NCBI RefSeq assembly: GCF_902713615.1
Contig: NC_052149.1
Span: 165,540,379-165,604,378 of the forward strand
Source: Scyliorhinus canicula
Lineage: Eukaryota
DNA length: 64,000 nucleotides
Direction: 5' to 3'
The position numbers were made by a program, and so were the translations under genes. This document shows, in pieces, positions 13,613-26,456 of this stretch. The notes beneath the pieces were generated by a model. The model was not told the origin of the DNA and searched no databases. It worked only from the letters and a program-made list of their open reading frames with translations. The number at the start of each line of letters is the position of its first letter. The first letter of the stretch is position 1.

Positions 13613-13833
13613 AAATTCAGTTGCTTATGCTGACAACACAACCTGCCCAACCCGGTTTTAGTAACTGACCAGACCAGGGGTGAACTAGCTTATACACTTC
13701 AGTTTCGCAGAGTTATCTGGTGGCAACCAGAGCAACAAATTCCAATATCAGTGTTATTTTAACTAAAACAAAAAGCATTATCAGTATTTCATAAAATCCA
13801 GTTTATGCAACTAGCCTTTTCTAGTTTGTCATT
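13080..13833 (+). repeat. Direct duplication of about 200 bp (13080-13282 and 13632-13833)
   Basis: Both copies run gacaacacaacc…ctagccttttctagtttgtcatt with roughly a dozen differences by eye. Confidence 0.93.
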
Positions 13834-14685
13834 TGTAATGTAAACCTCCAGACTTAGTAAGTAGTTTGACAGTCACACAATGTTTATATTTGGAACAGAG
13901 CAAAATCTCATAACAGCAAGCACATTGGAAACTTCTTCCTTTTTAAATTGTTTTGGGAGGGCAGAAGGTAGTTGTATACCGTTCAACAGAAGGTAGCAAG
14001 TTTTGCAAGATATGATACATGCAGAAAACATCAGGATGTATTTCTCTTGCACCACCAAATACATTGGCCATGTTGTTATTTCCAATGTTGTTATTTTCAA
14101 TATAAAATGCAGGAAATTCATTGTGATACCTGGTTGCTCTAATATGGTAACAGCACATTTCTTCAATAACATGTGAGAACCCAATGATAGCAAAGGTAAA
14201 ATTTAAAACATTAAAGCAGCTGTTGTTTTTGAAAGTGAGTAGCCTTCTACCTAGACTTCAGTCATTATGCAATAATTCACTTAAGGATAGAAAAGGATTT
14301 AGCTCAGAAAAACCAGGAAAAAAATGTAACTATGCACTTAAATGAATATTCAAAGTGAATTCATTCAGTTATGTTTAAAACGTCACATTTTGAATAGAGA
14401 ATTTCTGAACACAATGTTTATTGCAATTTTTAATGTTAGAATCATAGAATCCTTACAGTGTAGATTTGGCCCATCAAGTTTTCACCAACCCTCTGAAAGA
14501 AAACTCCACCTGGCCCACTCCCCCACCCTATCTATCCCTGTAACCCCACCTAACCGTTGGGCACTACAGACAATCTAGCATGATCAATCCACCTAACCCA
14601 CACATCTGTTTCATTAGAAGCTAAATTATTAGTTCATAAGATGCTCAATATCCTACAACAGGAATTATGATTTGTTCATACTCAC

Positions 14686-14733
14686 AAAAGGTAACAGCAA
14701 ACAGCACTTGTCACCAGCATAGTGTTAATAACA
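14686..14733 (-). CDS. ATP6V0E1: V-ATPase subunit e, coding exon 2 ((G)VINTMLVTSAVCCYLF)
   Basis: 48-nt exon bounded by ttttcttccacAG and GTGAGT. Its phase joins exon 1 and it matches GVIITMLVTCSVCCYLF. Exon 3 (WLIAILAQLNP…) was not found in 1-14685. Confidence 0.95.
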
Positions 14734-15970
14734 CTGTGGAAGAAAATAACATTTTGAATGCATGATACACACTTGTTAAAGTAAGCATTTCCCTTCACCA
14801 CCCACCAAAGCAGTTTAACCATAACTCAGTTTTCCTCAGAAATATAAAGCCAAAACTAAAAGCAAGTTATGAACATCTCATCTCCATGGCCTTCTCTCCT
14901 TGCAACATCGCCGACCAGTTTACACAATCAGGAACAGGTCACGCCCCAGTGGAATTAATTTTACTACATTAAAGAAATACCAGTAGAAAATGTGCTATAA
15001 ATAATGAAAATTACATGTCATTTCTATGCTATTTCAATTTCAAAAAGCATTGCCCTGCTGCTCCATCAGCATACATTTTTCTTCCATCAATATGAAAATT
15101 ATGAAATAATTCTTAGCTCATATTACAGTATCCCAGTCAAATAAATCCCAGCACTACTTTTGTTCTTATTGTGGGTTGACTGCAGGAATCTGCTAAACAC
15201 ACATACAGCTGAAATACTGCAATTTGGAAACAAAGTAACATTATTCAACACTGCAATCTTACCAGACATGGTCTCATTATCAACCAAATAAATAAAACCA
15301 AAATGACAGATTTGATTTCAAAATAATTATGAAACTGAATGGACACCACGAGCACCCTGTCTTCATGTCACTCTCTCTATAACACCCATCCTCATCAAGA
15401 CACTCGTCTCCCTTAATCAGGTTAGTCCCCTCAATTTCCAAACAGCAGTGTCTTTCCTTTACTCTCGCTCAGTGATTAACACCTTACTGTGCGTCTTTCA
15501 CTCACTTTTCTCACACCCAATCACAATATGACTCCAACAATCCCCTTTCTGCTCTTAGCACCGCCTATAATATAGTCCAATTCCTGAAGTAGGACACTGC
15601 TTCTAGCTTCTTCTGTTTCTCTCACCGACCCAAAAATATTGGATTTAACACACTCCCCACCCACCCTATAGGTCATCGCCCTCCCCGAATCAAGATATTC
15701 TTAACACATAGAATCCCTGCAATGCAAAATGAGGCCATTCGGCCCGTCATGTCTGCATCAACCCATCTCGCCTCTCCACAAGCAGGTTTTGCTCCCCACC
15801 GCTTTAACAGTGCGGCTTTGCCCCCCTCACCTCCGCAGCTTTAACAGGTGCCTTGTGCCCGACCTAGTGTCGCCCTCACTCAGCGCGAGCTGAGCTGCTG
15901 CCCCCCCTCCCCTCCTAACTCGAGCAAGTCGGGCTCCCCTCTGGTTTCCCGTCGCCAGGCTCTGCCTCAC

Positions 15971-16074
15971 CCTCTATTCGGTCCTTTAGGGATGAACCAG
16001 GGCACCACGCCGCCTACGACACCCCAGAAGACGGTGAGGACGATAATGGGCACCGTCAAGCCGCTGTAACCCAT
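15971..16074 (-). CDS. ATP6V0E1: V-type proton ATPase subunit e, coding exon 1 ([35 protein letters not shown])
   Basis: Manual translation of the reverse complement (absent from the ORF track) matches the subunit e N-terminus (…[11 protein letters not shown]). 104 nt, followed by a GTGAGG donor. Calling it e1 rather than e2 rests on the M-x-Y-x-GLTVP start and the RPL26(L1) neighbour. Confidence 0.95.
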
Positions 16075-16260
16075 GGTGCACACACCAAATCAGCTTCACC
16101 CTCAGTGCCCTCTCCCGGAAGACAGCCTGCCGGAAGTTGCTTTAGCCCCGCCCCATGGCATCATGTGCCCGGCACGAGCCTGACGTCACAAAGAGGCTCT
16201 GACTGACAGCCGGCACCATCCAATCAGGAGCACAGCAACGCGTGGAGGTGGGGTTCTCGC
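16075..16260. promoter_or_regulatory. ATP6V0E1 5'UTR and CpG-rich promoter
   Basis: ETS CCGGAAG at 16115 and 16130, GC box GCCCCGCCCC 16145-16154, M-box TCATGTG 16161-16167, CRE TGACGTCA 16181-16188, CCAAT 16220-16224, all just upstream of the ATG. Confidence 0.8.
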
Positions 16261-17474
16261 TCTGGGCGGCACTCTGAAATTACAGGGTCGATGCCTTCAG
16301 GCTTTGCACAACCCGACTCGCTCAGTTTCCACCTCACATGTCCTGATGCTACATCGAAGACTCCTTGTAAAGGGGTGCGAAACCAAGTTTTTGAATCCAT
16401 AGAATCCCTACAGTGCAGTAGGCCCTTCAGCCCATCAAGTCTGCACCGACGTCACTGAAAGAGCCCCCAGGGGAAGCCCACTCCCCCCTCTAACCTGCAC
16501 ATCTTTCGACACTAAGGGGCAATTTAACATAGCCAATCCCCTAAACTGAACATCGTTGGACTGTGCGAAGAAACCGGAGCACCCGGCGAATGGGGAAACT
16601 CGCACAGCCAGTCATCCAATGCCAGAATTGAACCCACGTCCCTGTCTCAGAGTGCTAAGTACTGTGCTACCGTGTGCATTTGTGCTTCAGTGATTGCACA
16701 CAGACATGAAACGGGATATTTATGAAAAGAAAAGTTACTAGTTGTGAAAAGAGGTTTTGAGAATCATATTGTGAAGATAGTAAAATGAGAACCATTTTTC
16801 TTAATTCCAAATGAGCTCTTAAGGTGAAGGGTGGTGACACTAGGATGTTCCCATTTTGAGCAAACCTTTAGTGTCAGTGAAGCTCAGGATGGCACCAATT
16901 AATGCATTTGTGTGACATTTGACTTTCCAGCATCAGCCATCGCATGACTTCATTGCATAAGTTCATCTGTCTATTGTCCAGTGAGAACAAGACTGAAACT
17001 GCTGAGTCTTCCAGTCAGTAGAGAAGAAACTTTTACAACATCACTTTATAGCCTCGCCTCTATTTCTTATCGGAACATCTTGCACTTCTTGAAGATATGC
17101 ACACTGAATGATTGACGTACTTGACTATCCGTCTTCTTTATCTTGGAATTGTCTTATGAGAGTTTTTGGGAAGTAAGAAGTAAACCTGCGTGCATAACAT
17201 TTGTGGTTATAAACCATATTAAGTTAATAGTGCTTCTTTTGGTAACAAAATGTTGAAATCTTGCAGCATTAGGTTAAATGCTTAAAATTTAGTATCCAGA
17301 TTTATTTTCAAAGGTTAACAGTTCCCAAGCAAATCGTAACAATATTCTAAACATACCCACAGGTAGCAAGTAATAATAATCTTTATTGTCGCAAGTAAGC
17401 TTACATTAACACTGCAATGAAGTTACTGTGAAAAGCCCCTAGTCGTCACATTCTGACGCCTGTTTGGGTTCATG

Positions 17475-18627
17475 TGTGATAAATGTAAGAAATTGGCATA
17501 TATATATTATACTTTATATCTGTTGCAGTAAAGTTTTTTAATGCCTGAGTTCAGGTATATATTATCTGTTGCAGTAATATTATTAAATAATCTAGGTTAA
17601 AGTTTCCAGACACTGGTAACAGAAGGTGCAATTAATATGTCATAGAAGTGAGATCATCACTCATTCCAACCATGCATATTGTTTACCTATATAGGGCTAA
17701 TGGCATTTTGTTTATAGAAATGGGTGACACGGTAGCACAGTGGTCAGCACTGTTGCTTCACAGTACCAGGGACCCAGGTTCGATTCCCGACTTGGGTCAC
17801 TCTCTGTGCAGAGTCTGCATGTTCTCCCCGTGTCTGCATGGGTTTCCTTCGTGTACTCCAGTTCCTCCCACAAGTCCCAAAAGGCGTCCTTGTTAGGTGA
17901 ATTGGACATTCTGAATTCTCCCTCAGTGTACTGGAACAGGCATCGGAGTATGGCGACAGGGGGACTTTCTCAGTAACCTCATAACAGTGGTAATGTAAGC
18001 CTACTCGTGACACTAATAAAGATTATTAATAAAGTTCCCTGGGGTTTCGATAATTGAGGGGTCGTGGTTAGCCTTAGTAAAATGATCATAATCCAATTAA
18101 TGGGATAGAGGATGTAATTAATGGGAGGAGTCAGGTCTGTAGCAGACAGTTTAGTTTGAGTTTGGGCTGGAGCTTTGAGCTGAGCAGTAGCTTTTCCAAA
18201 AGAGTGCCAGGTTAAGCAGTAAGAATCTTCAGGCTGTTTCCTGACAGGATCTCCCTCCAAGCAGGATTTCCAAGAAATCTCTATTCAAGTGTACAGCAAG
18301 TATCTCTGCATTTGCTAACTGTATTTACAAGTGGCTTTTAATCTAGGATGGCTTTTGCTTGATTGGAGATCGCAAAGGTATCAGTTAGCAGTTAAAGTGT
18401 TCCCTTTTATTGTTAAGAATTGTTGAAGTGTTAGTTTTAAGCTATAGTCTGTGGCATTAATGTAGTTTAATCCTATGTTAACAATAAAATTTGTTTTAAT
18501 ATAACATGTCAATGGAATCACTTTGGGAGCAAAATATTCTTTCCTCAGTTTTACAAAATTTACAAAAGTGTTTGGAGTTTTTGTTCTGTATCCTAACAGA
18601 TGTTGGAGTCTGTCCAGGATCTTAACT
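17475..18627 (+). mobile_element. Probable old solo LTR interrupted by a SINE
   Basis: Starts TGTGAT, ends …ggatcttaact; flanks catg/caag; AATAAA near 18483; layout resembles 35823-36403. Confidence 0.45.
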
Positions 18628-19099
18628 CAAGTCACCAGTAGAAACGTTTCTTTCCCAATTTATTTTATGAAACCTTTCTTTACTTAGAATGCCTCAATCA
18701 GACCTCTTTTTTTCTTCTAATGAAAGGAGCTCCAATTTCACTAATACCCTCTCATGATATCACGTGAGCACAAAAAGTGTAAGCCATTCAGCCCCACAGC
18801 CGTTTCAGACATTCAATGAGATCTTGATCCCCCCTCCAAGTGCTGTCTCGGTGGACAGAATTCAACAAGGCCAAGAAGAATGGCAAAGTGCTGTTGAATA
18901 GCTGGATGTTTCTCTGCAGGTGATGAGAAACAACTCAGCGAACTTTATCTCAAGTCCACTGGATCACGCCCAGAGTTAATGTTTTGAGTCTGTATGATTC
19001 AAACTGGCAGATTTGTTGACTAATTACTTTGTCAGCCTTCACATGAGAATAACGTTATACCTGGTGTTCCACGAAAACTAATAATGAATCAAGAATGGG

Positions 19100-21050
19100 A
19101 ACTCAGTGAAGTTAAGAAGTGAGGAAACAGTATTAAAAATAGAAAAACTGTCAAATCCCCATACTAGGGTTTACAAGATGTAGGAAATTGTAGATGCTTT
19201 TGCAATAATCTTCCAAAGATTTCCTGATTCAAGTATTGTTCCTTTAGATTGGAAAATTGTAAATTATTTAGGAAACACGGAGCAGAGGAACCTAGAAATT
19301 AGGATTTATTGGTTAAAAGTCGGTGTTGGAGAACTGATTGGGCACTATAATTAAGGACACTATTGAACAATAGGAGGATAATTTAAACTGAGTAGAGACG
19401 CAACATGGATTTTAGAGTTGGTTAAGCTGAACAAAATTAATTGGACACGTGTAGATTCATTAAGGAAAATCAGGATTTGTTAAAAACAATTGATTTTAAC
19501 TGAGATTTTGATGGGGTAACAGAGAGGGTTGATGAAGGTATATGATCTTTGTCAATTGCCATTTGGAATTCTATAAAGTGTCCCATAATAGGTTTGTCAG
19601 CAAAGTTGAAGCCCCCTAATGAAAAGGACAGAGGCAGCATGTATACAATTTTGGCTGAATGACAGGAAACAGACCAAGCTGGTGAATGAGTATTTATTGG
19701 ACTGTTAAAAGGCATAGTCTATTCCCCAGGGATCAGTACTAGAACGACTGCTTTTCTTGATATATATTAATGACCTAGACTTTGGGTATGCATGGCACAA
19801 TTTCAAAATTTATTGATAACATAAACTTGGAAGTATTGTGAACCCTGAGAATAGTAACAAAAAGTTCAAGAAATCATAGACAGATTGCTAGAATGGGTGG
19901 TCATGTGGCAGATTAAATATGATCTGATACATCTTGGTGGGAAGAATAAGAGGTAAACAAAAGGACAGAATTCTAAAGTGGGTCAGGCACAACGTGACCT
20001 GGGGTGCATGTGCACAAGTTGGTGAAGGTGACAAGACAGGTTGATAAAGTGGTTAAGAAGCTATACAGGATCCAGGGTTTTATAAACAGAAGCAGAGTAC
20101 AAATGCAAGGAATTTGTGATAAACCTTTATAAAATATTGGTATGGCTAAACTGGAGTATTGTGTCAAATTCTGGAAGGATTTGAAGGCTCTAGAAGGGTA
20201 CAGAATAGGTTCACAAAAATGGTTCCATGCATGAGGGTCTTTACTTAAATGAATACATTGGAGATGCTAAGGCTGTTGTCTTTACAGCAGGTTTAGAAGA
20301 GATAAGACATGTTCAAAGTCATGAGTCTAGATTGAGTAGATGGAGAGAAATTTATCCTATTGGCGGAAGGGTCAAAAACGAGAGAATACAGATTCAAGGT
20401 AATCGACAAAAAAGGACCAAAGGAGACAGAGTATAAACTTACTGCAGTGAGTGGTTAGGACCTAAGATCCGAGTGGAGGCAGATTCAATTGTGGTTTTCA
20501 AAAGGAAATTGGATCGGTACAAAGAGGAAAAAATGCAAAGTCATGGGTAAAGATTGTTGTTGTGGGACTAATTACACTGCTCTTTCAGAGACCTGAAATA
20601 GACTCAACGGGTTGAATGGCCTCCTTCTGCACTTAACCATTTGAGAATTCTGTGACACTGCCCTTGGCAGGCGTGTAGCACAAATTTGACAGATTTTTAC
20701 CAGGCTTCCAAGGGTTTGATTATGAGGAGATATTACTAAACTAGGCCAATATTCTCTGGAATATAAATGCTTAACGGGTGATGTGAGTGAGGTTTTATAG
20801 ATTTTGAGAAGACTACTAAGATTGATAGAAATATTCTGCTGTAGGAGAACATAGAACAAGAGAATAACCTTAAAGACAGAATGCAGCAATTCAGAAGAAG
20901 GTTTAGAAGCACTTCTGTATGCTAAGAGTTGTGGAAATGTTGAACTATCTCCCATAGAAAGCAATAGATTCTAGCTTAATTGACCATCAACCTTAGATTG
21001 ATCAATTTTCGCTAGAAAGGAGTATATAAGGATATGGAGCCGAGGCAGGT
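19100..21050 (+). mobile_element. Degraded CR1 remnants
   Basis: ccccagggatcagtact (PQGSVL), ctggagtattgtgtc (LEYCV) and CR1 tails; no long ORFs. Confidence 0.75.
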
Positions 21051-21396
21051 GGGTATCGGGTATCGTGAATCTCGCAAGGTTCAACGGCATCGTCCGGACA
21101 AGTTGGGTGCAACGAGGCCGCTGAATCACAAGAACTAAGAGCAGGAGTAGGCCACCTGGCTCCTTGAGCCTCCTCCGCCATTCAATAACACCATGGCTGA
21201 TCTTTTTGTGGACTCAGCTCCATTTGCCTGCCCGCTCACCATAATCCTTTACTGTTGAAAAATCTATCTATCTTTACCTTAAAAACATTCAAAGAGGTAG
21301 CCTCAACTGCTTCACTGGGCTGTTTTTCTCTCCACAAATGCTGTCAGATCTGCTGAGTTTATCCAGCATTTAAGCCAGTTTCTTACTGCCATTTGT

Positions 21397-21607
21397 AATA
21401 ATAATAATCTTTCTATTGTCACAAGTAGGCTTACATTAACATTGCAATGAAGTTACTGTGAAAATCCCCTAGTCGCCACACTCCAGCGCCTGTTCGGGGA
21501 CACAGGGAGAATTCAGAATTCTCAGCCAGTATGGGAATTGAACCCGCGCTGCTGGCCTTGTTCTGCATTACAAACCAGCTGCCTAGCCCACTGAGCTAAA
21601 CCAGCCC
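21397..21607 (-). mobile_element. SINE with a second tRNA-like head joined to the third tail type (also about 2455-2602-, 55270-55441-, 63750-63815-)
   Basis: Head gggctggtttagctcagtggg…gcgcgggttcaattccc, then gtggcgactagggga…cagtaacttcattg tail. Confidence 0.85.
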
Positions 21608-21989
21608 TATCTGCTTACATTATAACGTCGTAATAATAGAACAACAATTTTTAAAATATCACATTTCCCTTGGCTAGCCTTTTACTTCTTCTATAATTGT
21701 AAAAAAGTGTTCATCTTGATATCTCAAGTTTCTTTTCATACTTTTTTTTAAAAAATAATTTTTATTGAGAAATTTTGATTTTATACAACAATAACGCACC
21801 TTAGTAAAATACCGAAAATAACAATAATATTAACAATCATATACATTCGCCCCATCCCCATGAACAACCCAGCATTTTAACAACAACGCAAATTAACACA
21901 CTATAAAGTTACAGAATAAACACTACAATAATGCACCCCCCCCCCCCCCCCCCCCCCCCCCGGGTTGCTGCTGCTATTGACCCAGTTAC

Positions 21990-24900
21990 CTATCTCTGAG
22001 CCAGGAAGTCCAGAAAAGGCTGCCATCGTTTATAGAACCCTTGTATTGAACCCCTCAGGGCAAATTTGACCTTTTCCAATTTTATAAATCCCGCCATGTC
22101 ACTGATCCAGGTCTCCACGCTTGGGGGCCTTGCATCCTTCCATTGTAACAGAATCCTTCGACGGGCTACTAGGGACGCAAAGGCCAGGACACCGGCCTCT
22201 TTCGCCTCCTGCACTCCCGGCTCCACCCCAACCCCAAAAATCGCGAGTCCCCACCCTGGTTTGACCCTGGATCCAACCACCCTCGACACCGTCCCCGCCA
22301 CCCCTTCCAGAATTCTTCCAGTGCTGGGCATGCCCAGAAAATATGGGTGTGGTTCGCAGGACTCCCCGAACATCTGGTGCACCTGTCCTCACCCCCGAAG
22401 AACCTACTCATCCTAGTCCCGGACATATGGGCCCGGTGCAGCACCTTAAATTGGGTGAGACTAAGCCTCGCACATGAGGAGGAGTTGACTCTCTCCAAGG
22501 CCTCCGCCCAAGTCCCGTCCTCTATCTGCTCCCCGAGTTCCTCCTCCCATTTAGCCTTCAGCTCCTCCACTGACGACTCCTCCACCTCCTGCATTACCTT
22601 ATAGATGTCAGACACCTTCCCCTCTCCTACCCACACCCCCGAAAGCACTCTGTCCATCGTCCCCTGCGAGGGCAGCAAAGGGAATCCCTCTACCTGTCGC
22701 CTAGCAAACGCCTTTACCTGCAGGTATCTGAACATGTTCCCCTGGGGAAGGCCAAATTTATCTTCCAGTTCCCCCAGGCCCGCAAACCTCCCGCCAATAA
22801 ACAGGTCCCTCAATTTGCTGATGCCCGCCCTTTGCCATCCCCTGAATCCCCCATCCGTGTTCCCCGGGATGAACCGATGGTTGCCACCCAGTGGAGCCTC
22901 CATCGAGCCCCCTGTTTCCCCCCGATGCCGTCTCCACTGTCCCCAGATTCTTAGGGTCGCCGCCACCACCGGGCTCGTGGTAACCCTCTTGGGGGAGAGC
23001 GGCAATGGTGCCGTTACCATGGCACCCAGGCTTGTACCTCTACATGACGCCATCTCCATTCTTTTCCACGCCGCCCCTCCCCCCTCCATCACCCATTTAC
23101 GCACCATTGACACATTGGCTGCCCAATAGTACCCCAGAAGGTTGGGCAGCGCCAGCCCGCCTCTATCCCTTCCTCGCTCCAGGAATACCCTCCTCACTCT
23201 CGGAGTCCCATGTGCCCACACAAAGCTCAGAATACTGCTAGTCACTCTCCTAAAGAAGGCCCTGGGGATAAATATGGGCAGGCACTGAAAAAGGAACAAG
23301 AACCTCGGAAGCACTGTCATTTTGACGGACTGCACCCTCCCCGCCAACGACAATGGCAGCATGTCCCACCTCCTGAACTCCTCCTCCATCTGATCTACCA
23401 GTCTGGTAAAGTTATGCTTGTGGAGAGTCCCCCAGTCCCTGGCCACTTGCACCCCCAGGTACCTAAAGCTCTCCCCTGCCCGCCTAAGCGGGAGCCTACC
23501 AATTCCTTCCTCCTGGTCTCCAGGGTGCACCACAAACACCTCGCTCTTGCCTAAGTTTAATTTATAACCTGAGAAGGTCCCAAACTCGGCTAGTAACTCC
23601 ATCACTCCCGGCATCCCTCCCACCGGGTCCGCCACATACAGTAACAGGTCGTCGGCATACAACGACACCCTATGTTCCTCTCCACCTCGCACCAAGCCTC
23701 TCCACCTCTCTGAATCTCTCAATGCCATCGCCAGCGGCTCGATTGCCAGTGCAAACAACAAGGGGGACAAGGGGCAACCCTGCCTGGTCCCTCGGTAAAG
23801 CCGGAAGTACTCCGACCTCCTCCTATTCGTGGCCACGCACGCCATCGGGGCCTCATATAGCAGCCTTACCCATCTAATGAACCCTTCACCAAATCCAAAC
23901 CTCCCCAACACCTCCCATAGGTACCCCCACTCCACTCTATCGAAGGCCTTCTCCGCATCCAGCGCCACCACTATCTCTGCCTCCCCCTCAATCGCCGGCA
24001 TCATAATGACATTCAGCAATCTCCGCACATTCGTGTTCAGCTGCCTTCCCTTCACAAAACCTGTCTGGTCCTCATGCACAACCCCTGGCACACAGTCCTC
24101 TTTCCTGGTGGCCAGGATTTTTGCCAGCACCTTAGCATCCACGTTGAGGAGAGATATGGGCCTGTATGACCCACACTGCTGGGGGTCCTTGTCCTTCTTT
24201 AAAATTAACGAGATCAGCGCCCGTGACATCGTCGGGGGCAAAGTCCCCCCTTCCCACGCTTCGTTGAGTGTCCGCACCAGCAAGGGGCCCACTAGGTCCA
24301 CGAACTTTTTATAAAATTCCACCGGGAACCCATCCGGCCCCGGTGCCTTCCCTGACTGCATCTGCCCGATCCCCTTAACTAGCTCCTCCAGCTCAATCGG
24401 CGCACCCAGCCCCTCCACCTTCTCCTCCTGCACCTTCGGGAAAGAAAGCCTGTCAAGGAACCTCTCCATTCCCCTCCTCTCCCCCGTTGGCTCCAACTGG
24501 TACAGTTCCCCGTAAAAGTCCTTGAAGACCTCATTCACCTCTACTCCCTTCCGCACCACATTCCCACTCTTGTCTCTCACTCCAGCAATCTCCTTAGCCG
24601 CATCCCGCTTACGGAGCTGATGAGCCAGCATCCTACTCGCCTTTTCACCATGTTCGTACACTGCCCCTTGTGCCTTCCTCCACTGTGCCTCAGCCTTTCT
24701 AGTGGTCAGCAAATCAAATTTAGCCTGCAGGCTGCGCCTCTTCCCCAACAGTCCCTCCTCTGGTGCCTCTGCATACCTCCTGTCCACCTCCAGCATCTTT
24801 CCCACCAGTCTATCCCTCTCACTCCTCTCGCTCCTCTCCCTGTGTGCCCGGATGGATATCAGCTCCCCACGAATTACTGCCTTCAGGGCTTCCCAGACCA

Positions 24901-25745
24901 TCCCCACCTGAACCTCCCCCGCATCATTCACCTCAAGGTACCCCTCAATACTTGCCCGGACCCTCCTACACACCTCCTCCTCCGCCAATAACCCCACATC
25001 CAACCACCACAACGGACGTTGGTCCCGCACCTCCCCCATTTCCAACTCTATCCAATGCGGAGCATGGTCAGAGATTGCAATGGCCGAATACTCGGCCTCC
25101 TCCACTCTCGGAATCAGTCCCCTACTCACCACGAATAAATCTATCCGAGAGTAGACCCTATGTACGTGGGAGAAGAAAGAGTACTCACGTGCCCTCGGCC
25201 TCACAAACCTCCATGGATCCACTCCACCCATCTGATCCATAAACCCTCTCAGTACCTTGGACGCCGCCGGCCTCCTACCCGTCCTAGAGCTGGACCGATC
25301 CAGTGAAGGATCCAACACCGTATTAAAGTCCCCCCCTATGATCAGACCTCCCGCCTCCAGATCCGGGATCCGTCCCAACATACGCCTCATAAAGCCCGCA
25401 TCGTCCCAATTTGGGGCATACACACTAGCCAGTACCACCTTCTCTCCTTGTAGCCTGCCCCTAACCATCACATACCTACCCCCCTTATCCGCCACCACCT
25501 CCGATGCCTCAAACAACATATTTTTCCCCACCAGAATCGCCACTCCCCGGTTCCTCACATCCAACCCCGAGTGGAAAACCTGCCCCACCCATCCCTTCCT
25601 CAGGCGGACCTGGTCCGCCACCCCTCAGGTGGGTCTCCTGAAGCATCGCCACATCCGCCTTTAGCCCCTTCAGGTGAGCCAGTACCCTTGACCGCTTCAC
25701 CGGCCCATTCAACCCTCTCACATTCCAGGTGACCAACCGGATCAG
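21990..25745 (-). pseudogene. L1 ORF2p (APE endonuclease, RT, C-terminal Cys/His motif) with two 1-nt frameshifts
   Basis: TWNVRGLN…LQETHL, GGDFN, SRID, SDH, RGTRQGCPLSP, LYADD, CTRC…HIFWAC. Split over ORFs 25509-25901, 22169-25621 and 21990-22382. Confidence 0.92.
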
Positions 25746-26456
25746 AGGGCGTCCCGCCCCCCTCCCCCGTCGGCTAGCCATAGCCCGTCGACTGCCCGCC
25801 CCAGGCCAGCATCCCCTGCTCGACCCCGTCCCCATAGCGACAACCCCTCTCCTCTGTCCCCCCAGCCCCCACCAGTTCCTTCTTGACCCTACCAGCAGCA
25901 ACCCGGTATTCCCCTTCCCCCCCAGGCTAGGAACCCTCCCAGCCGCGAACCGTCCTCCATTGTACTTCCGTGGGTCAACTAACTTCTGCTGACCCCGGAA
26001 ACTCCCGCCAATAGCCCAACCCCTCCCGAAGTGGGATCATCCCCCAGTCTATCCCTCCTCCTGGCACCGCTCCAGCGCGGGGAAGAACCAGTTAAGGACC
26101 CACCTCCCCCGTCACCATCTCCGCCCCCCAGCCCCGCAGCGCAGGAAACCAGAGGAAAGCCCGCGCTTTCGCCCTGCCCCACCACACCCTTCTGACGCAG
26201 CTCCCAAATATCAGCCCCCCTCCATACCCCCACTCCGACATAGAATACAACATACCCCCCCGACCCTCCCCGCAAGATACACAGCCCAAACAATGCCCCA
26301 AGCACAAAAACATAGCAGAACAACACCCCCGTAAATAACCATATCAAAATTGCAAAAGTACTAAAACAAGAAGAAAAAAACAGAAGAAAAAAGAGAACAC
26401 AGCAACAGCCGAATCCAGCACTAATATCTTACAGCCGACCTCGCAACCCCCAACCC

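Noticed and set aside
13873-14193. 106-aa minus-strand ORF as a possible ATP6V0E1 exon
   Set aside because: No similarity to subunit e exon 3; AT-rich intronic sequence.
1-14685. SNORA74/U19-type snoRNA, known from an ATP6V0E1 intron in human
   Set aside because: No recognisable match; the relevant downstream intron is probably outside the window.
15848-16069. 73-aa plus-strand ORF
   Set aside because: Antisense shadow of ATP6V0E1 exon 1 in GC-rich DNA.
21525-21607. tRNA-like sequence with A and B boxes
   Set aside because: Fused to a SINE tail and repeated in decayed copies, so it is a SINE head rather than a tRNA gene.
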